Positions 1 through 8,627 of a stretch of 64,000 bases of DNA are shown piece after piece (the stretch's first letter is position 1; each line of letters opens with the position of its first letter). This stretch comes from Deltaproteobacteria bacterium (GTDB lineage: Bacteria; Desulfobacterota; Binatia; UBA12015): assembly GCA_046583355.1 (NCBI GenBank), contig JAYGCM010000004.1, positions 1-64,000 of the forward strand. The letters run 5' to 3'. The position numbers were made by a program, and so were the translations under genes. The notes beneath the pieces are model-generated. The model ran no database searches. It was not told the DNA's origin and saw nothing but the letters and a program-made list of their open reading frames with translations.

Positions 1-486
1 AACTGGGGGGCACCCTACGAGCAGTATCCGGACTCTGCGTGGGACAAGATTTTCGCGATCAACGTCAAGGGCATCTTCCACCTGACACGTGCACTGACTC
101 CCCCACTCCAGAAGGCAGCCAGGCCGGGAAATCCGGCGCGCGTGATCAACATCGGCTCGATTGACGGACTTCACGTTCCGGAGATGGAGACCTATTCTTA
201 TTCGGCCAGCAAGGCGGCCGTGCACCAGCTTACCAAGACCTTGGCGCGGCGACTCGCGCGCCACGGGATCACCGTCAACGCGGTCGCTCCCGGACCTTTC
301 CAGAGCAAGGTGATGGCGGCGACTCTGGACGCCTTCAAAGACCAGATCATCGCGGATTGCCCGATGGGTCGTATCGGCGAACCCGAAGATATGGCAGGCG
401 TAGCCGTCTATCTGACTTCACGGGCAAGCTCGTATGTCACCGGAGTCGTGCTGCCGGTTGACGGCGGACTTCTGCTGGTCGGCTGA
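1..486 (+). CDS. Short-chain dehydrogenase/reductase (5' truncated by window edge)
   Basis: Open in frame 1 from base 1 (NWGAPYEQYP...); motifs INIGS, YSASK (YxxxK), VNAVAPGPF, GRIGEPED, TGVVLPVDGG. Confidence 0.9.
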   Translation, partial: NWGAPYEQYPDSAWDKIFAINVKGIFHLTRALTPPLQKAARPGNPARVINIGSIDGLHVPEMETYSYSASKAAVHQLTKTLARRLARHGITVNAVAPGPFQSKVMAATLDAFKDQIIADCPMGRIGEPEDMAGVAVYLTSRASSYVTGVVLPVDGGLLLVG

Positions 487-535
487 TCCGCCGGGGCCGA
501 GGGAGGCCGGTCCTGTACCGGATGTAGGAACAGAA

Positions 536-3097
536 ATGGATCTCACGCTCGTCTCGCATACGCATTGGGATCGGGAATGGTACCGCACCTTCCAGGGCTT
601 CCGTGCGCGTCTGGTCGACACGATCGACCGTGTGCTGGAATTGGTCGACGAAGACCCGGAATTCCGATTCTTGCTCGACGGGCAAACGATCGTGCTCGAG
701 GACTACCTGGAGATCCGCCCGCAGAACCGGGAGCGCCTCGAAACCGCGTGTCGCAGTGGCCGGATCGGCGTCGGCCCCTGGTATGTCCAGCCGGATTCCT
801 TGCTCCCCCAAGGCGAGACACAGATCCGCAATCTGCTTGAGGGGCGGCGCGTCGGCGAGCCCTTCGGTGGTGTCTCGAGCGTCGCCTATACGCCGGATTC
901 CTTCGGCCATCCGGCGCAATTCCCGCAGCTCTTTGCCGGCTTCGGCCTTGGTCCTTTTGTCTATTGGCGGGGCAACGGAAACGAGATCGATTCGCTGCCG
1001 GCCGAGTATCGATGGGAGGCTCCGGACGGATCTTCGGTGCTGGTACACCATTTAAGTGAGGGCTATTTCGCTGCTTGCGGTCTGCCTGAAGATGCGATGG
1101 CCGCCGCCGCGTTTTTGCAGGACCTCGCTCTGCGCTTAAAGAAGCGCTCGCGCCATGCCCGCGTATTGTTGATGAACGGAATCGACCATGCTGGCCCGGA
1201 TGCGCGAGCGGGGCATAAGCTCGACACGCTGGCGCGGGCGACGGGTTGGCAGGTGCGGCGCGGACTCCTTGAGGATTTCACCGAAGGACTCCCGGCTGAA
1301 GCGCCGGTCTGGCGCGGCGAGTTAACGGGGGCTCGGGTGGCCAATCTCCTGCCCGGTGTCTGGTCGGCGCGGATGCCGATCAAGCAGCGTAACCGAGCTG
1401 CCGAGACGGCTCTGCTCGCCTGGGCGGAACCCTTCGCGGCTCTTGGCCGGGTGCTGGGGGCACCTGATGAGACGCCGTCGCTGCGCCGTGCCTGGCGCGC
1501 TTTGCTGCCGAACCAAGCCCACGACTCTCTTTGCGGCTGCTCACGCGATCTCGTGCACGAGCAATCGATCGCGCGTTATGACGAAGCCGAAGAGTTGGCC
1601 GCGGAGACGACGCAGCGTCTGCTCGAGCGCATCGCCGGCAGCCCCGTCCTGCGCCGCACACCTTGGTCCGATGCGCTCGATATTGCCGTCTTCAACCCGA
1701 CCGCCGCCATGCGCACTGAAGTCGTGCGGATTGCGTTGGACGCCGAGCCCTGGCTGGAGTTCCGCGGCGAGTTTGATCGCTCGGTGCAGGTACACCCCTT
1801 TCTCGGCGCCGCGCAGAACGTGGCCGGTTATACGGTGGACGGCGTGCCCGCGCGGTTGGTCGAGGACGGACGTGAGGGGATTCGTATGGCGCCTGAGTTG
1901 GCGCCGCGCTCGGTGGAGTTCGTGGCCCACGATGTGCCGGCGTATGGCTGGCGACGCCTGCATCTGGCACCGAGCGCCGCGCATCCCGATGCCGTGGATA
2001 GCGGGCGCTCGCTCGAATGTGACGGTATCCGCCTGGAGTTTGCCGAAGACGGAACCTTCGCGTTGGAGATAGCCGGGCGCGCGTACGCTGGTCTCGGTGC
2101 AATCGAGGAGATTGGCGACCGCGGTGACACCTATGATTTTGATGCCGTTGATGGGGCTTCGGCGCAGCTTCTCTCGGTCAGTTTCGAGCGCCGTCGGCAT
2201 GTGGGCGGTGTCGTGAGCGTTCGATCGCGTCGCGTCTTCCGACAACCGGCCGCATTGGCTCCGGGCCGGCGCAGCCGTAGCGAGGAGGTGACGGAATTGG
2301 TCGTTGAGTTGGAGGTGCGGCTGGTGCCCGGCACCTGCCGGGTGGACCTTGATTGTCGTATCGAAGATACGGCACTTGACCATCGCCTGCGCATGCTCTT
2401 TCCGACCGGCGTGCCGACACGGGACTTCCGCGCCGCAACAACCTCGGATATTGCCGAGCGCAGCACGGCGCGGCGCGACGATAGGGGCTGGGTGCATCCT
2501 GCGGGGGCAACCTTCTGCCAACAAGGTTTCATCGCGGTCGGCGGCCTGGTGGTCGCGGCACCCGGTCTGCCCGAGGCCGAGGTCACGCCGGCCGGAGAGG
2601 TCGCGATCACGCTGCTGCGCAAGGTGGGCTGGCTGGCTCGCACGGATCTCGACTCACGCCCCGAGCCGGCCGGGCCCATGGTCGCGACGCCGGGGGCGCA
2701 GCTGCCAACGACGTTTCGTGTGCGGCTATGCCTGCTCGCGGACACAAAGGATGCCCCCGCCGCAGCGGCGGCTGCGGAGGCGGGCTTTCGTGCTGTCGTG
2801 GCGGGGCCTGCGCCGCTGGTTGCGCCCGAGGTTGCGCTGCTCCGGGTCGAGCCGCCCGAGTTGCTGCTTGAGGCGCTCAAACCGACTGAGTCGGGCGGCG
2901 GGCTTGTGCTGCGCTTGCTCAACCCGACCGACGCGCCAGTGGAAGCCTGCGTGACGATCGGCTTTCCCGTAGCGGGCGCTTGCCGTGTTCGGCTGGACGA
3001 GAGCCGCCTGCCAGAGCGAGTGGCTGTAGAAGACGGCCGCATTCGCTGCGGGCTCGGGCCACACGAACTCCTGAGCCTGGAGCTACGTCCGTCGTAG
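536..3097 (+). CDS. Glycoside hydrolase family 38 alpha-mannosidase (MngB-like)
   Basis: HTHWDREWY Zn motif, LDGQ, GPWYVQPD, PDSFGH nucleophile motif, HDSLCGCS; start set at ATG 536 after AGGA. Confidence 0.9.
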   Translation: MDLTLVSHTHWDREWYRTFQGFRARLVDTIDRVLELVDEDPEFRFLLDGQTIVLEDYLEIRPQNRERLETACRSGRIGVGPWYVQPDSLLPQGETQIRNLLEGRRVGEPFGGVSSVAYTPDSFGHPAQFPQLFAGFGLGPFVYWRGNGNEIDSLPAEYRWEAPDGSSVLVHHLSEGYFAACGLPEDAMAAAAFLQDLALRLKKRSRHARVLLMNGIDHAGPDARAGHKLDTLARATGWQVRRGLLEDFTEGLPAEAPVWRGELTGARVANLLPGVWSARMPIKQRNRAAETALLAWAEPFAALGRVLGAPDETPSLRRAWRALLPNQAHDSLCGCSRDLVHEQSIARYDEAEELAAETTQRLLERIAGSPVLRRTPWSDALDIAVFNPTAAMRTEVVRIALDAEPWLEFRGEFDRSVQVHPFLGAAQNVAGYTVDGVPARLVEDGREGIRMAPELAPRSVEFVAHDVPAYGWRRLHLAPSAAHPDAVDSGRSLECDGIRLEFAEDGTFALEIAGRAYAGLGAIEEIGDRGDTYDFDAVDGASAQLLSVSFERRRHVGGVVSVRSRRVFRQPAALAPGRRSRSEEVTELVVELEVRLVPGTCRVDLDCRIEDTALDHRLRMLFPTGVPTRDFRAATTSDIAERSTARRDDRGWVHPAGATFCQQGFIAVGGLVVAAPGLPEAEVTPAGEVAITLLRKVGWLARTDLDSRPEPAGPMVATPGAQLPTTFRVRLCLLADTKDAPAAAAAAEAGFRAVVAGPAPLVAPEVALLRVEPPELLLEALKPTESGGGLVLRLLNPTDAPVEACVTIGFPVAGACRVRLDESRLPERVAVEDGRIRCGLGPHELLSLELRPS

Positions 3098-3184
3098 AGC
3101 GCAACTCCAAACTCAGGAACGCCGGATTCGGCCTCGCATCGCGTGGGCTTGACTGCATGGGCCGCGAAAGTTGAGGTGCTGAGC

Positions 3185-3802
3185 ATGGGATTCTACGAAC
3201 GCCGGGTGCTCCCGGCCATGCTCGATTTCGCGATGAGCCAGCCTCCGATCATGCACCAGCGTGAAAAGGTCGTGCCGCGCGCGCGTGGCCGCGTGCTGGA
3301 GATTGGTCTGGGGAGTGGCCTGAATCTTGGTTTCTACGACGCGGAGAAGGTCGACGTTGTGCTTGGCCTTGAGCCGTCAGCGGAACTCAAGCAGCGTGCC
3401 GCCCCGCGCGCGGCGAAGGCCGATGTGCCGCTCGAGATGGTCGGTTTGATCGGTGAAGATATTCCGCTCGAGAGCGAATCCGTCGATACGGTTCTGGTCA
3501 CCTATACGCTTTGTACGATTCCGGGCGTAGATGCAGCGCTGGCGGAGATGCGCCGCGTGCTGCGGCCGGCCGGAGAACTGATTTTCTGCGAGCACGGCCT
3601 TGCGCCGGACGCCAATGTCGCGCGCTGGCAGGCCCGCGTCGAGCCGATCTGGAAGCGTCTGGCCGGCGGCTGTCACCTGACACGCGACATTCCGAAACTG
3701 CTGCAGAGTGCCGGCTTCGAGGTGCGCGATCTCGAGCAGCTCTATCTGCCGGGTCCGCGCATCGCGACCTACAATAGCTGGGGAACCGCCGTACCCGTTT
3801 GA
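3185..3802 (+). CDS. Class I SAM-dependent methyltransferase
   Basis: VLEIGLGSG motif I, DTVLVTYTLCTI, GGCHLTRD; GAGG upstream of ATG 3185. Confidence 0.88.
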   Translation: MGFYERRVLPAMLDFAMSQPPIMHQREKVVPRARGRVLEIGLGSGLNLGFYDAEKVDVVLGLEPSAELKQRAAPRAAKADVPLEMVGLIGEDIPLESESVDTVLVTYTLCTIPGVDAALAEMRRVLRPAGELIFCEHGLAPDANVARWQARVEPIWKRLAGGCHLTRDIPKLLQSAGFEVRDLEQLYLPGPRIATYNSWGTAVPV

Positions 3803-3821
3803 GCCCGTTCGCCGAACCCGC

Positions 3822-4442
3822 TCAGCAGAGCAGGACGGCGAGGAGTCCGCTCAGGAAGACGCCGTCGAAGGTGCCGGCGCCGCCGATCGAGACAATCGGT
3901 GCGCCGAGCATGCGGATGCTGCGCAGATTCAGCAGGTCAGCGCCGATCAGCGTGCCGAGGGTGCCGCCGATGTAGGCGATCGGTGCGGGTGACGCCGGTG
4001 CGAGCAGAAACGCGCCAGCGGCGGCGACCAGGGGCGCGACGAAAATCGGCATCGTGATGCCGACGCCCTTCAGTGGTCGGGCGACCCTATAGCTGACGGC
4101 GGTGACCACGGCGGTTGCCAGCAGCATCGGCCCGGCAATATCAGGCGTGCGCGTGATCAGGTAGATCGCGAGTCCGGTGGGCACGAGCGCGCCGCCGACG
4201 TTCACGGCGATGATCACGCGCTGATCACCGTCTGCGCCGGGTAGGCTCATCAGAGGCAGGTTGATCATGCTGCCGAAGAGGCAGGCGACCAATAGCCCGA
4301 AGAACCAGCGGTGCGGGATACCGAGTTCTTCCCAGGTGTATTCGAGAGCGTCGATTTCGATCAGGGTGAGCAAGACTCCCAGAACGAAGACGAGGACCAT
4401 CGTCGCGGACGTGAGTTGAAGCGTGGGGCGTGGTGCAGGCAC
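3822..4442 (-). CDS. Multi-pass membrane protein, DUF1614-like
   Basis: Hydrophobic; GSMINLP, IAVNVGGALVP, GTLGTLIGADLLNL, SIGGAGTFDGVFL motifs. Start uncertain (GTG 4442 just after upstream stop, or ATG 4400). Confidence 0.75.
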   Translation of the reverse strand: MPAPRPTLQLTSATMVLVFVLGVLLTLIEIDALEYTWEELGIPHRWFFGLLVACLFGSMINLPLMSLPGADGDQRVIIAVNVGGALVPTGLAIYLITRTPDIAGPMLLATAVVTAVSYRVARPLKGVGITMPIFVAPLVAAAGAFLLAPASPAPIAYIGGTLGTLIGADLLNLRSIRMLGAPIVSIGGAGTFDGVFLSGLLAVLLC

Positions 4443-4455
4443 GGCCCTGCCTTCA

Positions 4456-5412
4456 TCAGTTGGCGTCGTCGCTCGCAACCAGGCCGCTGCGGACATCGAC
4501 CACCTCGGCGATGGTGATGGCCGGCCGGGCCAGATCGACGAAGCCCATACCCGTGATGATGGTACCGACCTCGAGCGCGCGACACGGAATCTCCTCGTGG
4601 CCGCGGTTGCGCAACAATGTGGCTTCGGTGAAACCGATGCGGAAGATGTCGTCGCGGTTGGGGATGCGGATGCGGATGCCGGGGAGCGAACAATCGCGCT
4701 GCAGGATCACGCCGTGGAAGCGCACTTCTTCGCGCTCGGGCGGGCGTTTGTCCCCGCTGTTCGGGTCGAGGCGGATCAGGTCGGCGTGGATCGTCGGGCT
4801 GCCACGCTCGGGTGTGCCGCCGACGGCGATATTGGTGTCCAGCGTGAGCGCGCTACAGGCGACCTCGCGCCCGTCGCTTGCCGCCACGAAGACGGTTTCG
4901 GCGTCGAGCAGAACCGTGATGCGGCGTTCTTGTTGGCGTTCGATCAGGATGAGCTCACCGCCATCGCAATCGATCCGAGCCACCTGACCGAGTACGTTGA
5001 GCGTGCGCACGCCGTCGGTCGAGATTTCGTCGCCACGGATTTCGATGCTGGAGAGGATAAGTGCGGCGCCCGCCGGCACATCAATCGCTTCGGTGGCGTC
5101 GAGGTCGGCGGTGCGGAAGCGCAGCGTGAGCGCGCCGGCGAATTCGCCCTCGAGCACGAAGGTGCCCTCGGCGTCCGTGGTGGTCTCGGCACCGGGCACC
5201 TCGTCAATCGAAACCACGATACCGCTCTGCACCAATATGGTCCCGAGGGCCGCATCGTCTGTGTCAGCGATTTGCAGGACGCCTTCGGCTTCGACAACAT
5301 TGCCGCTTACTGAGGCGATGATTCCGGTGCCGATCGGTCCACCGTCGGCGAGACCGCAGCCGCTGAGCACGAGGGCCAGCAGCAGGGCGGATGCATTGGC
5401 ATGCAGCTTCAT
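4456..5412 (-). CDS. Lipoprotein with DUF5666-like (OB-fold-like) repeats
   Basis: Lipobox LSGC, then GGPIGTGI motif, a beta-rich domain and two similar ~60-aa repeats; ATGA overlap with upstream gene. Confidence 0.65.
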   Translation of the reverse strand: MKLHANASALLLALVLSGCGLADGGPIGTGIIASVSGNVVEAEGVLQIADTDDAALGTILVQSGIVVSIDEVPGAETTTDAEGTFVLEGEFAGALTLRFRTADLDATEAIDVPAGAALILSSIEIRGDEISTDGVRTLNVLGQVARIDCDGGELILIERQQERRITVLLDAETVFVAASDGREVACSALTLDTNIAVGGTPERGSPTIHADLIRLDPNSGDKRPPEREEVRFHGVILQRDCSLPGIRIRIPNRDDIFRIGFTEATLLRNRGHEEIPCRALEVGTIITGMGFVDLARPAITIAEVVDVRSGLVASDDAN

Positions 5413-6278
5413 TCGTCATCTCCAACCGCGGTTTCGGCCGAAACCGTCGCGGCATCGTCGCCTTCTTCTTCGAAATAATAGACGCCGAGCGCAACACGGG
5501 CGCGCGCGCCCGCCGGTGCTTGCGGGTTACGGTCGCGGTCATGCGCGGCCAACAGAATATTGGCCCTGCGGACGAATTCCTCGCCGGTGGCCCGCGCCGC
5601 CTCGCGCAGCTCGGCCAGGGCTTCGCTGCCGATATTGTCGTAGACCACTTTGCGTTGCAGCCAGGGTGCGTCGGGGTGCTCGACATTATGTACGATGGTG
5701 CGGAAGAGCTCGCCCGGGTCCGAGGCCATCAGCGTGAGCTTCCCTTCGAGGTCGGCGTTCGGAATATTGGCTTCTTGTTGCAGGACGATTTTGTCGTCTT
5801 TACGCAATTCGACAAGGTCCTGGCGGATCAGCTCGTCGAGAACCGAGCGCGCCGGCGCATCAACGCTGCGGTCCTGGACGAGGCGGGTGAAACTCGGGCT
5901 GTCGGCGCGTGCGCTCTCATAGGGGAGCGCGTTGGGACGGCCGCTAGCGTCGGAGTAGGGCGGTCCGCCCATCCACCGCCCGATGATCCGCGTGGTGATG
6001 GTATCCTCGACCGGGGTTTGGGTCGCGACAATGCGCGCCTTGCGCCGCAGGCGAGAGACTTCTTTGCGGTTCAGGCCGGTGAGTACCGAGACCCGGCTAT
6101 CGGTTTGTTTTTTGTAATCGAGCGGAAAGTCGTGCTCGGCAACCTCGACGAAGAGCTCGCGGATCATCTGGTCGAGCGTCGGGTAGCTGATGCCGTAACG
6201 GATGAGCTGGCGCACGACGGGACGCAGCATGCGTCGCACGGCGGCGGCAAATCGTTCCTTCAATTCGGCAGGCAGCAT
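5409..6278 (-). CDS. DUF6502-like protein, putative HTH/winged-helix regulator
   Basis: LRPVVRQLIRYGISY, TDSRVSVLTGLNRKEVSRLR (HTH-like), IIGRW, SFTRLV...ARSVLDELIR, LQRKVVYDNI. Confidence 0.75.
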   Translation of the reverse strand: MLPAELKERFAAAVRRMLRPVVRQLIRYGISYPTLDQMIRELFVEVAEHDFPLDYKKQTDSRVSVLTGLNRKEVSRLRRKARIVATQTPVEDTITTRIIGRWMGGPPYSDASGRPNALPYESARADSPSFTRLVQDRSVDAPARSVLDELIRQDLVELRKDDKIVLQQEANIPNADLEGKLTLMASDPGELFRTIVHNVEHPDAPWLQRKVVYDNIGSEALAELREAARATGEEFVRRANILLAAHDRDRNPQAPAGARARVALGVYYFEEEGDDAATVSAETAVGDDE

Positions 6279-6333
6279 GGTTTCGTTTCGTCGTTCTCTG
6301 TTTAACGTCTCGTGGCGGGAGGAATCCAGTCGG

Positions 6334-6350
6334 CTGGGAGAACTTCCCAG
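6334..6350. promoter_or_regulatory. Palindromic candidate operator CTGGGAGAACTTCCCAG (GGGA-N5-TCCC)
   Basis: Inverted repeat ~55 bp upstream of the DUF6502-like start; same core recurs twice at 7304-7337. Confidence 0.55.
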
Positions 6351-6368
6351 AATATTCTCGTTCGGAAT

Positions 6369-6406
6369 ACCGACGGCACGGCGCGGAATTACGCCGTGCC
6401 GTCGGT
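6369..6406 (-). terminator. 15-bp perfect stem-loop, terminator-like or mRNA-stabilising
   Basis: ACCGACGGCACGGCG-N8-CGCCGTGCCGTCGGT downstream of the Cys-rich gene; U-tract weak. Confidence 0.45.
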
Positions 6407-6499
6407 GCCGAAAAGGGCTTACCGTCCTATACGGACGAGCCCATCACCGAGTCGGACACCGGGGGTTTGGCCCGCTCGGAGGTTCGTGCGGCCTGCGAC

Positions 6500-7246
6500 T
6501 CATCCGGCATCCGGACAGGCACGCAAGCAGTCGCTGGCATCGGCTTGGCAGGCCCGATCGGCCTCACCCACCGAGGCACGACAGCTATGTGCACATTCAC
6601 GCGCTTCGCGCCGGGCGCCGTGGCATTCCTCGCTTGCGCGGTCGGCCGAGCAGAGTTCGCGCGCCGTTTCGGCCAGGTCGTGGCAGCCTTCGCGGCAGGC
6701 ATGGGCCAGCTCGCGGATCGGTAGGCGGCATTCCCTCACGTCGCCGCGGCAGATGCGGGCGCATTCGGGATCCTTGTCGCTTGGGCGGATGGCCTCGGGG
6801 CACATCTCGACACAATCGCGCGCGTCGCTGCGGCAATCACCCATCGCATCCTTCAGCCCAGCGAGGCAGGGCTCGAAGCAGGCGCGGCCTGTCGCACGCG
6901 CGGTGGCGCATTCCTCGGAGTCGCGCTCGGCGCATGCCGCACGGATGGCAGCACTCTCGTCGGCACAGGTGGTAGCGCGGCAATCCCGCGCCGCGTCGCG
7001 GAGCGGCTCGGCGCAACTCCGGCTGGTGGTGCGGCATTCGCCGGCGCAGGCGCGGTCCGGTCGCGCGCCGTCGTCGGGCCGCCCGCCATCGGGGCGTCCG
7101 CCGCCCGGATGTCCGCCCGGGCCTTGTTCGGGGCGTCCGCCGCCCGGTCGGCCGCCACCGAATTGCGCCTCGGCGAGCGGTGCCAGAATCATGGTTCCCG
7201 CGAAAAGAATTGCCGCGGCATAAAGCAGGTTTCGTTGTCTCATCAT
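6500..7246 (-). CDS. Secreted Cys-rich repeat protein (248 aa, 24 Cys)
   Basis: GGAG SD, Sec signal peptide ending LAEA, GGGRP low-complexity linker, two 12-Cys repeats. Confidence 0.8.
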   Translation of the reverse strand: MMRQRNLLYAAAILFAGTMILAPLAEAQFGGGRPGGGRPEQGPGGHPGGGRPDGGRPDDGARPDRACAGECRTTSRSCAEPLRDAARDCRATTCADESAAIRAACAERDSEECATARATGRACFEPCLAGLKDAMGDCRSDARDCVEMCPEAIRPSDKDPECARICRGDVRECRLPIRELAHACREGCHDLAETARELCSADRASEECHGARREARECAHSCRASVGEADRACQADASDCLRACPDAG

Positions 7247-7303
7247 TTGTTTTCTCCGTTTCGGTTCCTTGGATCCTGCCGGCCGGCGAGGGTTCCGTTT
7301 AGT

Positions 7304-7340
7304 GGGAGATATTCCCGTAGGAATGGGAATTACTCCCATT
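7304..7340. promoter_or_regulatory. Tandem candidate operators GGGA-GATAT-TCCC and AATGGGA-ATTAC-TCCCATT
   Basis: Two palindromes 21 bp apart centre-to-centre, upstream of the Cys-rich gene. Confidence 0.55.
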
Positions 7341-7452
7341 TTGGAGCCGAAGCAAGCCCTGACAAGGAACCCGGCGCATTTTTTTCAAGAATCGTGCGCG
7401 CCGCAGGGCTCAGAGGCAGAGCCCTGCGGCACGAAGGAAGCGTAGAAAACCC

Positions 7453-8502
7453 TTATAAACCGTATGCTTTGGCGAGTTCGGGGTCACGCGAGGCCAGCAT
7501 GCGGGCGAGTTCGACCATGACCTGACATTGTTTGTAAGTCGCGTCGTCCTGCATCTTGCCGTCGATCATGACGGTACCGCTGCCATCGCCCATCTCCTCG
7601 ATGACGCGCTTGGCCCAGAGAACCTCGTCGAGCGGCGGCGTGAAGACGTTGCGTGCGATTTCGATCTGCCCGGGGTGCAGCGACCAGGCGCCGACGCAGC
7701 CAAGCAGGAAGGCGTTGCGGAATTGGTCCTCGCAGCCCTGATCGTCGGCAATATCGCCGAAGGGGCCGTAATAGGGCAGGACTCCGTTGGCATTACAGGC
7801 GTCGACCATACGGGCGAGCGTGTAATGCCAGAGGTCCTGCTGCACGGCTGGGCGAGCGGCGCCGGGGTTTTCGGGGTCGGGGTCGGCACGCACGATATAG
7901 CCCGGATGGCCGCCGCCCACGCGAGTGGTTTTCATGCGCCGTGAGGCGGCGAGGTCGGCTGGGCCGAGCGAGAGGCCTTGCAGACGTGGGCTGGCGCCGC
8001 AGATCTCATCGACATTGGCCACGCCCATCGCGGTTTCCAGGATCGCGTGGATCAGAATCGGTCGTTTGAGGCCGGCGCGGGCCTCCAATTGGCCGAGCAG
8101 TCGGTCGACAAAATGGATATCCCAAACGCCCTCAACCTTGGGCACCATGATCACATCGAGTTTGTCCCCGATGGTCTCGACCAGCCGCATCATATCGTCA
8201 AGAAACCAAGGCGAATCCAGGCTATTCACGCGAGTCCAGAGCTGCGTACTACCGAAATCCGTCGCCTGGCCGATGGCGATGAGTCCCTCGCGGGCCGCTT
8301 CTTTACGGTCAATCGGGATCGCGTCTTCGAGGTTGCCAAGGATCACGTCCACCTTTTTCGCAATCGAGGGAACCTTCACGGCCATGCGCGGGTTGCTCGG
8401 GTCGAAGAAATGGATCATGCGCGACGGCGTGACCGGAATCGCGTGCAGCGGTGCCGGGGCTCCGACGGCCATGGGTTCGAAGAAATGCTTTGGGTTGCGC
8501 AT
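7453..8502 (-). CDS. mcl: Malyl-CoA/beta-methylmalyl-CoA lyase-like (CitE/HpcH superfamily, Chloroflexus Mcl type)
   Basis: [66 protein letters not shown]. Confidence 0.8.
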   Translation of the reverse strand: MRNPKHFFEPMAVGAPAPLHAIPVTPSRMIHFFDPSNPRMAVKVPSIAKKVDVILGNLEDAIPIDRKEAAREGLIAIGQATDFGSTQLWTRVNSLDSPWFLDDMMRLVETIGDKLDVIMVPKVEGVWDIHFVDRLLGQLEARAGLKRPILIHAILETAMGVANVDEICGASPRLQGLSLGPADLAASRRMKTTRVGGGHPGYIVRADPDPENPGAARPAVQQDLWHYTLARMVDACNANGVLPYYGPFGDIADDQGCEDQFRNAFLLGCVGAWSLHPGQIEIARNVFTPPLDEVLWAKRVIEEMGDGSGTVMIDGKMQDDATYKQCQVMVELARMLASRDPELAKAYGL

Positions 8503-8627
8503 GGAACGGCTCCTTGGGTCCGCACGCCCTCGGACCATGCCGATTGCGTGTCGATGGTGAGCTTCGAACCCTAACGAATGGCGCCCCCAGCCGCAGCGCC
8601 GGTCGGGCGATCTGCTAGGAGGGCGCT

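Noticed and set aside
6500..7246. Multihaem cytochrome or ferredoxin call for the Cys-rich protein
   Set aside because: No CxxCH and no CxxCxxC motifs; spacing is Cx3C/Cx6C/Cx10C
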